NCBI GenBank assembly: GCA_964016885.1
Contig: OZ024742.1
Location: 29,450,001 to 29,514,000, forward strand
DNA: 64,000 nucleotides
Direction of reading: 5' to 3'
Source of the DNA: Eledone cirrhosa
Taxonomy: Eukaryota
A model generated the notes under the pieces. It made no database searches. It saw only the letters and a program-made list of their open reading frames with translations, and was not told the DNA's origin. Of the stretch, positions 1 to 11,531 are shown piece after piece; the stretch's first letter is position 1, and each line of letters opens with the position of its first letter. The position numbers were made by a program, and so were the translations under genes.

Positions 1-751
1 ACACCACCACCACACCACCACCACTACCACCACCACCACACCACCACACCACCACCACACCACCACACCACCACACCCCCCCCCCCCCCCCCCCCCCCAC
101 CACCCCACCACACCACCACCACCACCACCACCACTACCACCACCACCACCACCACCACCACACCACCGCCACCACCACCACCACACCACCACACCACCAC
201 ACCACCACACCACCACTACCACACCACCACCACCACTACCACCACACCACCACCACTACCACCACCACACCACCACACCACACCACCACCACTACCACCA
301 CACCACAACACCACCACCACACCACCACCACACCGCCACACCACCACAATACCACCACCACCACCAGCACTACCACCACCACCACACCACCACCAACACC
401 ACCACACCACCGCCACCACCACCACCACACCACCACACCGCCACCACCACCACCACACCACCACCACCACACCACCACACCACCACAACACCACACCACA
501 ACACCACCACCACCACCACACCACCACACCACCACACCACCACACCACCACAAACCGCCACCACCACCACCACACCACCACCACCACACCACCACACCAC
601 CACACCACCACACAACACCACCACCACCACCACCACACCACCACACCACCACACCACCACACCACCACCACCACCACCAACACCACACCACAACACCACC
701 ACACCACCACACTACCACAACACCACACCACACCACCACCACCACCACCAC
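1..751. repeat. (CAC/CCA)n-type low-complexity tract with a poly-C run
   Basis: Continuous caccac/cacaccac units; the V/W/C/G-rich ORFs here are artefacts of the repeat. Confidence 0.95.
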
Positions 752-860
752 TATATTATAACTCTCTACATTAACTATTTATAATGTTTACATCAGAACT
801 CAGCTCAACATTCGCTATTTTTATATAAACAAGAAAACTACAATTGGTTTCACTTTTAGT

Positions 861-924
861 ATCATCATCATCATAATCATCGTCATCATCATCATAATTA
901 TCCTCTTGCTCATCTCATTAGTAT

Positions 925-980
<56 letters not shown>

Positions 981-1195
981 TTACTACTACTACCACCACC
1001 ACCAGTACTACTACTACTACTACTACTATTGTTGTTATTATTATATTGTTGTTATTACTATTATTACTACCACCGCTACTACTACTACTACTACCACCAC
1101 TACTACTACTACCACCACTACTACTGCCACCACCACTACTTCTACTACTACTACCACTACTACTACTGCCACTACTACTTCTAATACTACTACTA
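861..1195. repeat. Compound trinucleotide microsatellite (CAT)n/(TAC)n/(CAC)n
   Basis: Directly visible. Confidence 0.95.
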
Positions 1196-3291
1196 TCATT
1201 ATTGTTATTATTCCTATGATTTCTGGCACACCTTATATATTATTCTATAGACTTGTTCGTTACAACTACTAAAACCTCAAATATATAAACCTTGCAAATT
1301 ACCATTCTATCACCTTGGAAATTTCACTATCTTCTTTTACTTCTAATTAATAAATTTTTTACTAGATGCTTCTTTATTCCAATGCAATTTCTTCCATAAA
1401 TTATAAGATCTATTCTCGTGCTGTTCAACTAATTTCTCTTGGAATCGCTTCCACACCGAAATATACACTGCCAAAATATATTTTTAGATCTTTAGCAACA
1501 CTCCTCCACAAATTAATTCTTTACACAAATAACATTACCAAATGTTTGTGTGTAATTTGTATCGAAGGAATCTCTTTAAATATATATTTAGTTCGGTGTA
1601 GTTATTAGCACTCTCACTAGCACCAGCACCACTACCACTGCACCATCAACTGCACTGATCACTCATCAACACTCACCAACGAAACACCACCACCATTAGC
1701 ACTACCATCACACCCCCTATCGCTACCATTCACCACCAATAACTTCATTACCTCTATTCATATATCCATCAATAAAACCTCACCAAGGTAAATAGCGACA
1801 CTCAAAATAAATCTCAAAGATTCTTTCTGACTAGCTTTAAAAATATATAGGTTATTGTTGTTGTTGTAGTTGGTGTAACTGTTGTTGTTGTAGCTGTTGT
1901 TGTTGTTGTTGTTGCTGTTGTTGCTGTTGTTGTTTATGTTTGTTATTTTTCACATTTTCTTCAAAGTATTAATAACAAAGAATTATAACATTCTTTACAC
2001 ATATTCTATCATCGAATGAAAATGTGATTTTTTTCCCTCATTTCTCTTTTCCGCTTCAATCTTTCTCTCTCTTTACTCTCTTCCACTCTTTCCCCCCTCC
2101 TCCGTTTCTCCCCCCCTCTCTCAATCTCTCTCTCTCTTTCATATTCTCTCTCAAACTCTCTCACACTCTTCTGTTAGAAATAAAAGACAAAAACAGTAAA
2201 ATATCAAATATACATTTGGTTTTTAATGATAGTATTGTTGAAAGATCAATAGCTATCAGGTTACGAACTTAAAAGTGGATAAAAAATAGTAAATGAATTC
2301 AACAATAAAAGGCTCTAAAGTCTGGTATATTCGGGACAATAATTGCCAGTAATGTGATATGCTATACACATAACAAAGAGAAGAATTCTATTCAAAAGGC
2401 TTAAATATATCCACATTGCTGAGAAGCGATTACAAAGATATTTCACTAAGTATCTAGGCCATTATATTTTACTTAAAGCATTGTTCGAGACTATCTACAT
2501 ATTCTCAAACACTCACTCAGTTTTTCGCTAATTGATCAACTCCACAATTGTATCAACAGGCAACAGTGTGATATCATAACAGTTACTGAAGCACAGTAAT
2601 AAAGAACAGTCGCATCTTCAAAACATGTAATAAATATGCCAGTTTGCTGAGTTAACGAACGTCCAACTATATTTCTACATCCCAGAAGGTCTTTGTGATA
2701 TTTGATAGACTTTGAATTGCTAGTTATTTTCGGATGAAATATGCTTCAGAACACTTTGAATTACCGACAAACAAAACAAAAGAGTGAAGATGGCGTTATT
2801 ACGTTTTCTCAAATGTACGCCATTTTAGTTTATGGATTCTTCTCATACAGATGTCATCCAGAAAATTACGTATTTCTGATAATAGTTCTGAATTGTTTTA
2901 GTACCATTGCAAACAAAATGGACGCTACAAGAAAAACGTGTGAAAGTTACTTGCTGATAGATTGGTGTATTCTGAGTATGGTGGATGTGTGAATGACAGA
3001 ATCAGTAGAGTGTCCGATAAAATATCTTATGGTGTGTTTTATTACAAACTTTTAAGTCCTGAAAACAAATAAAACTCGGTCAGTCCCAGTATTTTTATTG
3101 ATAGGTATTTCCGGGAGTCAATAAAATAAGCAATAAAACGATGGATACACAAGAAAAAAATTTATAAACAATGAAAAAAAATTGATTTAATTGGTAGAAC
3201 ATCACATAAAATATATCGTGTTTTGTAATATCCCTTTACATCCTGAGTTCATATAAAAGTCCAGGTGTGATATTGTTATTAAAGTAGAGAC

Positions 3292-3441
3292 AGCGGATTG
3301 GCAGAGTCGTTAAAACGTCGGAATTCTTTGCGGCATGTGTTTTGGCTCTCTACTCCCAGAGTTCAAATACCCCCGAGGTCAACTTTGCATGTTATTCTTT
3401 CAAGGTCGATAAAAAATGTACCAGTCGAGTACCGGAGTCAA
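3292..3441 (+). mobile_element. Degenerate tRNA-headed SINE (family B)
   Basis: tggcagagtcgtt A-box-like, gagttcaaatacc B-box-like, gaggtcaactttgc...gtcgataaaa...gtaccag body shared with the copy at 61118-61310. Confidence 0.7.
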
Positions 3442-3629
3442 TTCTTCCTCTATATCTCTTTCTCATTCCTTATGGAACAAATCTGCTATTTTCAGACCTG
3501 AAGAAGGATGGGATCCGCCGGGTTTAAAAAATGCCCTAAGAAACGCCCTATGTTACAACAACACAAGTACGACTCGAAACGGGGGTACAGGACTATACGT
3601 ACATGCTTTCGGAATTGAATGAAATAAAT

Positions 3630-3860
3630 ACCGGGTTCTATGGATATATTCTTTTTTGTCTAAAATTGGGCAGTCAGAGGGATTATGGATAATTGTTTCT
3701 TCTCATCTTCAATATATTCTACAGTTGCCGTGTTCTGCTTCATTAAGTAGTTTTGGTAATTTCTAGAGAGGAGCTTTTAATCTTTTGCCGCAATTCGAAA
3801 TTCTTCAGTTTTGGCTTTTAGTCCCTGGCTTCTTAACCAGTTTTGTGAATTTTTCTTGTC
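3630..3860 (-). pseudogene. Decayed Dong/R4-clade non-LTR retrotransposon fragment (post-RT zinc-knuckle region)
   Basis: Manual translation DKKNSQNWLRSQGLKAKTEEFRIAAKD*KLLSRNYQ, then after a frameshift NCRI..EETIIHNPSDCPILDKKEYIHR; fits the R4/Dong pattern WL...L.AETEG...AAQDQ.L.TRNY...CR.C...ETI.HI.SGC..LA..EY..RH. Confidence 0.75.
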
Positions 3861-5069
3861 TTACTTTCACCGAATTGTTATTCTGTAATCTTATCAATGG
3901 CAGCTGTCTTCTGAGTCTCCTCCACGTAACAAATTTCTCTATGGTGACAGTTGCTTCATCTTTTTTTTCTTTTCTTTTTGTATTTCTGCAGTATGTGTTA
4001 TATGAAGATGTGTGTATATTTGTGTTTGTATCTACACATGCGTATTGACTGTTGCCTTCTTTTTCTATGTAAGACTCTCCTATTTTATCACAATATCTGT
4101 TTCGACGCACGATTTCACATCAAGAATCTTGCAAAACGATTAGAAAACCGACTTGCATCTTATATATAATTCACGTTCTGTGTGTGTGTGTAAAAGAGTT
4201 TCACTTGGAAAATATTCCATCGATCTCTGTCAAATTAAACACATAGCCAAAATAGGCTACCGTTTGTAACATCAAGAAAAAATTATTTCATCATGATTAA
4301 TTTCGAAGTCACAAACTTCGATTTTATAATCTTATAGACTGTTGCACTAACAAATTCCATGACGGCCATAAAGAGAGAGAGCGTTCCTTTTACACACTTC
4401 TTAACTCTCCCCCTTCCACAACACGACGTTATGGGATTGTATGTGTATGTGCGTGTGTATATGTGTGTGTATGTGTTTGTGTGTGTATGTGTGCGTGCAT
4501 GTGTGTGTGTGTGTGTGTGTGTAATTTCCATAACGGCCAGAGAGAGAAGGATGTGTGAGAGGGAGATAGAAAGAGAGGAGTGAGAGAGAGAGAGAGAGTA
4601 AAATAAAGAAAGAGAGGAGTGTGTGTGACGCGAATATGATAAATACAGCGTTTATAATTTTAACTTATTTATTACACTTCTTAACTCTCCCCCTTCCACA
4701 ACGTCACGTCTTGGGATTGTGTGCGTATGTGTGTGTGTGTGTATGTGTGGGTGTTTGTGTGTATGTGTGTGTATGTTTGTGTATGTTTGTGTGTGTATGT
4801 GTTTGTGTGTGTGTGTACATGATGGATGTTTTAAAATACACATTGTTCAACCGACACGGCTAACGATACATTTCTCTATGTTCACATTTTAATGACACAT
4901 ATCTGTAAATAAAACTTGCTCTTTTTGAATACCGTCTCATTTTTTTTTATTGAAAGAGATGATCAGGTAAAATTATCCTCCAAGTTAAACATACAACACG
5001 GAAATTGACCATTAACATTGCAGCCCTACCAAGAACTGACACCGTCCAATGGACGGGGGTCATTTGCTA

Positions 5070-5152
<83 letters not shown>

Positions 5153-5564
5153 CTGGAACGAACAACCCTAATCGCCGGCCTCCTCGTATCATATAAACTT
5201 TGAAGTTGTTTGAAGTTTAATATTTTATAGCATCTGACGATCTCGAGCAGAGACTGGGGAGGAATAGCAGTACCTAGTCGTCACCCCAGCGAAATATGGA
5301 TACAGAAATAAACTTACACACAACTGCATATGGCCTTCGATGTATTTAATATTATATAATGCTTTGGTTTCTACTATTTATACATGTCGTTGAGCGCTTT
5401 AATTTATTTCTATTTGCGCTGACCAACTAGAGCGTAGGTTGATGGAATGCACCAGCCTGGTCGGTTAATTCCCTATTGAAATGATATATAAGTCTGTGTG
5501 AGTGTGTGCGCGCGTGTGTGTGTGTGTGTGCGTGTGTGTGAGAGAGAGAGAGTGTGTGTGTGTT

Positions 5565-5915
5565 TGTGTGTGTCTGTGTTGGACAATGAAAATAAAACAA
5601 AACTCGAAGATATATTCTTAATTAATTCATTGTTTTACCATAGTTTCAGAGGGATGATTGGTCATAGTAGATCGATATATCGATGAGCAGGTAGTGGTTA
5701 TGCCATTACCTATGTCTAGTTTTGAAATCCCTGAGAAAGCTGGTGCGATAGATCAGGGATTTTGAAACTATAAATAATTAGTGATATAACCGCTACCTTC
5801 TAGTCGATATATCGATCTACCATGATCAATCACCTCTGAAAGAATCGTAAAACAATAAACTAATTAAGAACCAATCTTCGACATTTGTTTTATTTTCAAT
5901 GTTCAATATACACAC
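5565..5915. repeat. Old, diverged inverted repeat (MITE/fold-back-like)
   Basis: tgaaaataaaacaaa / tttgttttattttca, gtagatcgatatatcga / tcgatatatcgatctac, aatccctga / tcagggatt; centre about 5735-5750. Confidence 0.75.
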
Positions 5916-6039
5916 ACATATATATAAATGACTCCTTAGCTTGAGCAGAATATTCGAGGGAACCTTATGTGATGAGAGCCTACTACTAACCTCGTTGAAA
6001 CCATCTTTTCTAAGCCATGCCATAAACAGGTGAGAACTA

Positions 6040-6070
<31 letters not shown>

Positions 6071-6077
<7 letters not shown>

Positions 6078-6426
6078 AAAAAAAGATGAAATCGAAAATG
6101 CAACTGGAGCCTTATTTTTTAAAAAGTATATATATTTATTTGGTTCCTTTACCGGTTTCGCAGTTCTGCTTTTCAAAAGTAAAGTTGAGATGGAGGGTCT
6201 GTGGTTTTTCTCACAGATGTGAGAAAAACCACAGACACCTCCATCTCAACTGTACTTTTGAAAAGCAGAACTGCGAAACCGGTAAAGGAACCAAATAAAT
6301 ATATTTATATTTTTTTTAAATAAGACTCCAGTTGCATTTTCGATTTCATCTTTTTTTCTTTATACTTTCACTCGTGTAGGACACCTCGGTTATTTTTCAT
6401 TTTGTAAAAAAAACCTCACTTTCTAA
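6071..6426. mobile_element. Fold-back Penelope-like terminal fragment with a hammerhead in each arm (U3-A8 core), flanked by (TA)n
   Basis: Arms 6071-6215 and 6218-6364, unpaired tail 6365-6426; + strand motif TTGAAAA-GCAGAACTGC-GAAA-CCGG-TA. Confidence 0.7.
6252..6291 (+). ncRNA. Minimal type I hammerhead ribozyme candidate, U3-A8 core (mirror copy on minus strand at ~6143-6183)
   Basis: Core TTGAAAA 6258-6264, stem II GCA(G)/(C)TGC, GAAA 6275-6278, palindromic CCGG, UH=TA 6283-6284, short stem I CTT/AAG. Confidence 0.6.
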
Positions 6427-6530
6427 TATATATATATGTATATATATATATGTATGTATATACTGAGAAACATAATCATCATACATATTATATATGTTAT
6501 GATACCTTGACTTAGTATATATATATAGAG

Positions 6531-7138
6531 AGAGAAAATTGAGGTTGGTAATGGCACATGGAATATATAAGAGACAGAATACTTTTTTGTGAAAAAACAT
6601 ATAATTTTATAAGGTAAGGAAATAATAAAGGGTATAAAAAATGACCGGTTTCGATGGGTCTGCAAAAGCCATCTTTTCAAATGTTGATTAATATTAAGAA
6701 AAATTAATAATACGAAGAGTTAAAATTTGAGATTTGAAAATTCAAGTATAAAATTCATTGTGGGATTTCATAGTAGTTTTCATCTAGGTAACAACAAGTT
6801 GACTGCTGTGTCCCTTTCTGGTAGGGACACAGCAGTCAACTTGTTGCTACCTAGATGAAAACTACTATGAAATCCCACAATGAATTTTATACTTGAATTT
6901 TCAAATCTCAAATTTTAACTCTTCGTATTATTAATTTTTCTTAATATTAATCAACATTTGAAAAGATGGCTTTTGCAGACCCATCGAAACCGGTCATTTT
7001 TTATACCCTTTATTATTTCCTTACCTTATAAAATTATATGTTTTTTCACAAAAAAGTATTCTGTCTCTTATATATTCCATGTGCCATTACCAACCTCAAT
7101 TTTCTCTATAACCTTCGTTTTGTGTAGAAAATTACACT

Positions 7139-7143
<5 letters not shown>
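6531..7143. mobile_element. Fold-back Penelope-like terminal fragment with a hammerhead in each arm (U3-A8 core), flanked by (TA)n
   Basis: Near-perfect ~285 bp arms 6531-6815 and 6823-7107, 7 nt loop, tail 7108-7143 running into (TA)n. Confidence 0.75.
6953..7000 (+). ncRNA. Minimal type I hammerhead ribozyme candidate, U3-A8 core (mirror copy on minus strand at ~6638-6685)
   Basis: TTGAAAA 6958-6964, stem II GATGG/CCATC, GAAA 6986-6989, CCGG, UH=TC 6994-6995; stem I weak (AACAT/ATTTT). Confidence 0.6.
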
Positions 7144-7208
<65 letters not shown>

Positions 7209-7470
7209 TGGCGGACTGGGTCTAAAAATATTGGTTGCCAGGAGATGAAGGGAGCCCACCTACATATAAAATGCTATCATTTAATTTTTATAATGAATAA
7301 ATAACATTTTCAAAAAATGCATAAGTGGAAACAAAGCAGTGCAATTAAATTTTTGAGGAAAAATATCTTACTTTCTCCAATAAAAAATATGTATTTTGCG
7401 AAATCCAGAGACTTTCAATAATGACCTTTGGTCTTTTTCATTCACTCAATATATATATATATATATATAT

Positions 7471-7957
7471 ACGATATTAAATAAATGGAAACTATATTTA
7501 TAAAACCATATTTATTTCATTATATATATTTCAGGGATATCATATTAAAAATATGGTATGCCTTCATCAGACAAAATATAATATAAACAGTCTTATAAAT
7601 AGATAGATTTGACATACCTTACAACTTCAACTTCCATTTAAAAAGTTGATTTGGTACCAAATCAACTTTTTAAATGGAAGTTGGTACCAAATCAACTTTT
7701 TAAATGGAAGTTGAAGTTGTAAGGTATGTCAAATCTATCTATTTATAAGACTGTTTATATTGTATTTTGTCTGATGAAGGCATACCATATTTTTAATATG
7801 ATATCCCTGAAATATATATAATGAAATAAATATGGTTTTATAAATATAGTTTCCATTTATTTAATATCGTAAATATACTCCAAATATTTGTTGAGTGCTT
7901 TTATATCAGTTATAAATATTTACTCGTTGTAACCCAACAATTTAAATAAAACTTTGC
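7471..7957. mobile_element. Fold-back Penelope-like terminal fragment, family A, with a canonical hammerhead in each arm
   Basis: Arms 7471-~7655 and ~7686-7870, 30 bp tandem duplication at the centre, tail 7871-7957 into (TA)n; homologous to 61584-62010. Confidence 0.8.
7763..7828 (+). ncRNA. Type I hammerhead ribozyme (mirror copy on minus strand at 7513-7578)
   Basis: Stem I TATTTTGT/ATGAAATA (8 bp, 2 G-U), CTGATGA 7771-7777, long stem II 7778-7808, GAAA 7809-7812, palindromic TATATA, UH=TA 7819-7820. Confidence 0.8.
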
Positions 7958-8096
7958 ATATATATATATATATATGGGAGTGCGTGCATATGTGTGCATG
8001 TACATGTGTATATATAGATTTATATATATGTATATATATATGTGTGTGTGTGTTTGTGTACATGTACATACGTATATGTATGTATATGTATGTGTG

Positions 8097-8151
<55 letters not shown>

Positions 8152-8257
8152 CACCTTCACCATTAATTAATTTGACAGATGTCAACCCATTGGTACCAAA
8201 CATTATTTGCTCAGTAGTTCGTGTTTATGTGTAAGTATATATATGTATATATATATA

Positions 8258-8440
8258 TGCAATGAGATATTTAATTTGCTGGTAATTCAACAAAATATTT
8301 ATTATAACAGATTCGAAGCGCTCTACAAGATTCCTGGAGTATAATATCAATGATAAATAAAGTTTTTTTGGTACCCTTGAAATATATATAATAAACTAAA
8401 TATGGTTTTATAAATATAGTTTCCATTTATTAATATCATT
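8258..8440. mobile_element. Truncated family A copy: minus-oriented tail joined to the + strand 3' half of the hammerhead
   Basis: ataacagattcgaagc...ctggagtata matches ~61630-61670; ttggtacccttGAAAtatatata...tagtttccatttat matches ~61937-62000. Confidence 0.75.
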
Positions 8441-8899
8441 TATATATATATATATATATATTAATTTATTAAAATAACAGATTAAAGTTTAAGCAAAGAA
8501 TCGCTGCCTTCACCCTTACCGGGATCAACTGAAACTAAAAAAAAAAAAAAATTTGTGGACGCAGAAGTAAATATTTCGAAAAACGTTGGATCCGAAGGAA
8601 AACATGAAGACGATACTTTGGTTAGGGAAGACGTTCCCTGGCAATGATCTTTAATCTTTTATTTTAATAAATATTTGCTCTACGGTTTTTATATATTTTT
8701 ATATATATATTATCCTGATTGAGCCCTCTTCACATTTATTATTATTACTTGATATATATATTATTTCTTTGTTAAAATAATCAAATTAAATTAATTCAAC
8801 AATTAAACACAAATAGGAATAATAAGGTTGTTACCAAAGAGCCAGAAGATTGACAAATCGACCCTATATATGACTAATAGGTCAAGGTAAACCATGAAC

Positions 8900-9260
8900 A
8901 CACCACATCTTTTAACTTTGATTTTGAAAGTAGGTTTATAATTATTAATTTTCATTATACTTTTGTAGATGTCTCGGCGGCCTAGTTGGAGGAATCGTAA
9001 ACGGTGGTGATCCCAGTCTGAAGTTCGTTCCCGACCGTGAGTAGGGATTCCAGTAAACCTATTGATTTTTTTCTATGGGATCTAAAATATAAACTGAAAA
9101 AGATTACATGTACCACTCGACCAGAATTGAACCGAAGACCAGGATCTCCACCGTCTCTAGTACCTACCGCTAGTCCACTGAGATCGCTACGAAAATCTGC
9201 TGAAAATTCATACTTATAAATCTACTTTCAAAATTTTCAATAGAAAATGATGTGGTGTCG
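8900..9260. repeat. Diverged inverted repeat whose arms each contain a tRNA-like sequence
   Basis: acaccacatc / gatgtggtgt and ttttgaaagtaggtttataa / ttataaatctactttcaaaa; minus arm reads gatctcagtggactagcggtagg...ggttcaattctgg (A- and B-box-like). Confidence 0.6.
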
Positions 9261-9276
9261 TCCATCATACTTTGCA

Positions 9277-9420
9277 GCATAGAATTATGGCCCTTTACTT
9301 TCTGAGTTCAAATCCCGCCGAGGTTAACTTTGCCTTTCATCCTTATGGGGGTCGATAAAATAAAGTATCAGTAATGCACTGGGGTAATTGCTGGCCTCCT
9401 GCCAATAGTAGAAACATTAT
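9277..9420 (+). mobile_element. SINE family B
   Basis: ctgagttcaaatcccgccgaggttaactttgcctttcatcc...gtcgataaaataaagta...ttgctggcct. Confidence 0.85.
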
Positions 9421-9488
9421 ACGTTTTAACGTTGTATTATATTTCGATATTCACTTCAGATCACTTTGTCTATCAACTAGGTCACATA

Positions 9489-9942
9489 TACCCTCAAAAT
9501 AGGGGTGGGTGGAATAAGCGGGGGTGGGGTTGGAATATGCGCCGGATAGGGCTGGGATGGTTTATGCGTGGGGGGGGGGATATGCGCGGGTGGTGATGGT
9601 GGTGGTGGAATATGTGGGGAGTTGGAATAAATAGGTTGTCTCTGTTGACATTTTTTAAACTAGAATTAGTTGTTTAGTTTACATATTCAAACCCCCAAAC
9701 CATTCTATTTATTTTATAAGGTATGGGAATTCTAGTAATGTACTTTTTTGTCACGTATAATATTTTTTTAATGTATAAAGACAATTAATTGTCGTAGGAA
9801 TGCTACTACTTAAAATAAAATTTCGCCGGGGATGGAGTAGCAAAATTTAAGTGTGGGGGGTGGAATAAGAGCGAGGTGGTTGGAAAAAATCTGAAAAATT
9901 AATAAGATGGGGTGGGCCGGTATTATTCGAAACCCGAGAGTA
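9489..9942. repeat. G-rich element with repeated ggtggaata(a/t)g motif; possible non-autonomous DNA transposon
   Basis: About 7 copies of g-run+tggaata; ends taccctc...gagagta are only loosely inverted. Confidence 0.35.
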
Positions 9943-10071
9943 GATCACGTACTTCAATCTTTGCCCCGCATCCAATCATATCATAACTATAATAAAGGGA
10001 GGAGTGCAGTATTGCGTCCCGATTATATTTTTTTTATCCCGTTAGTAAAATAAGTTAGATTACTTTGAATA

Positions 10072-10180
10072 AATAATTGTTTCTACTTTTGGCACAAGGC
10101 CAGCAATTATCCAGTATATTACTGGTACTTTATTTTATCGACCCCGTAAGGATGAAAGGCAAAGTTAACCTCGGCTTGAA
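10072..10180 (-). mobile_element. SINE family B, 5' truncated
   Basis: Reverse complement of the family B 3' half. Confidence 0.85.
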
Positions 10181-10654
10181 TAAATAATGAATGAATATCA
10201 CATAATGTATCTACTAAATTTCATAGCTGTTGATTAAACATAAATATTCTTATATATAATGATTGTTTATTTTAAGATTCACTTCTTTTAAAATTTTCAA
10301 ATGTCTACACTTCCGGTTAGCGTTCGTTATATCATCACACTTATTACATTGCTTATATAAACATCCATATATTTGCATCGTTATATAAGGTTTCATTACA
10401 TTTCACCGTAATGCAGTTTATATATAATAACGTATTTTTAAATGTATCATGAAAGAGAGTGTAACACAGTCTCTCTTCAATTTCTGTGTATATTGTCAAT
10501 TACGATTTTATTTGATGTATCATATCTACATGCATGTATATTTGCATATAATATAAATATGCACACTACACATGCTAGCAGAAAACCACCCGTGTTTTGA
10601 ATTGACTTAGGGTGGTTGTTTCAAAGCAACACCAGTTTTTAGCGGGAACCCTCT

Positions 10655-10910
10655 AGGGGTTTATGGAGTCACGTGACCGAATGTTGGACTTACGATCATA
10701 ATGTCATGGGTTCAATTGTTGGGCTGAGTTGTGTGTTGCGTTCTTGAGCAAAATACTTTATTTCATGTCTCTCCAGTATACGCAGCTGAAAATGTGTACC
10801 AACAGCAATGGCTGGGGGGGGGGGGGTTAACCCTGTGATGGACTGGCGTCGTGTCCAGGAAGGGTCTTGTACTTTCGGTCGCTTCATGTCACAGAAACTG
10901 AGATAAGAAA
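10655..10910 (+). mobile_element. tRNA-headed SINE with CORE-like centre (same family as 56645-56910)
   Basis: gggttcaatt B-box-like, cttgagcaaaatactt...cagctgaaaatgtgtacca, aaccctgtgatggactggcgtc. Confidence 0.75.
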
Positions 10911-10911
10911 C

Positions 10912-11172
10912 ATTATCATACGTAGAGCCAATCAGGTTCACCAGTGCTCTCCATCTCTGGCGGCCCCGTGCCAGCTGCCCCTCTGACACTTCTGAGGTGT
11001 CGTCGAGCTCCTGGTGATCTTCCTTGATGACATCCAGCCATCTGGTATGGAACCTGCAACTGGACCTCTTCCAGCTTGTAGCTGCTGCGTCGAATGAAAT
11101 CAAAGCCCTCGTAGGATAATCTGGCGACAGGCAGAGGACATGTCCGTACCAGCGCATGCGTCGGATGGCTAT
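10912..11172 (-). pseudogene. RTE-clade LINE 3' fragment
   Basis: RRMRWYGHVL...WKR...R..TRWLDVIKED...A..R.RWR.LV is the characteristic RTE C-terminus. Confidence 0.85.
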
Positions 11173-11452
11173 AAAGAAGTACACTATTATTATATAACTC
11201 CGTGTTTTGAATAATAAATCCAGAATTTTTAAATCACTGGTTTGAAAGGATTTTACACCAAAAATGGCGGTTTTCCAAGTTTACGACCTTCCGGTTTTGT
11301 TTATGATAGAAGTCGGCTTTGCTTTATGTTAGCCAAAAAAGCTATATAAACGAAAGTATTTTGAACAACTTCCATTTTGTAGCTTGCTGACGAAAGTAAC
11401 ATATTACTGTAGAGTTATGTCAAGCGGAAATATAATTAGGACTAAGGAAAAA

Positions 11453-11460
11453 TACTACTT

Positions 11461-11508
<48 letters not shown>

Positions 11509-11531
11509 ATAATAATAATAATAATAATAAT
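11453..11531. repeat. (ACT)n(AAT)n microsatellite at the 3' end of Tx1 copy 1
   Basis: Directly visible; follows AATAAAGAAAGC on the minus strand. Confidence 0.9.

Noticed and set aside
1210-1550. Possible decayed LINE endonuclease on the minus strand (IYFGSVYFG)
   Set aside because: Too many stops; single weak motif
3483-3622. Possible host exon after ttttcag (PEEGWDPPGLK...)
   Set aside because: No recognisable domain or partner exon; lies between a SINE and a Dong/R4 remnant
5965-6015. Hammerhead-like gTGATGA...GAAA
   Set aside because: C3 missing and no convincing stems I or III
7206-7300. hAT-like terminus cagtggcggactgg
   Set aside because: No matching second terminus or target-site duplication found
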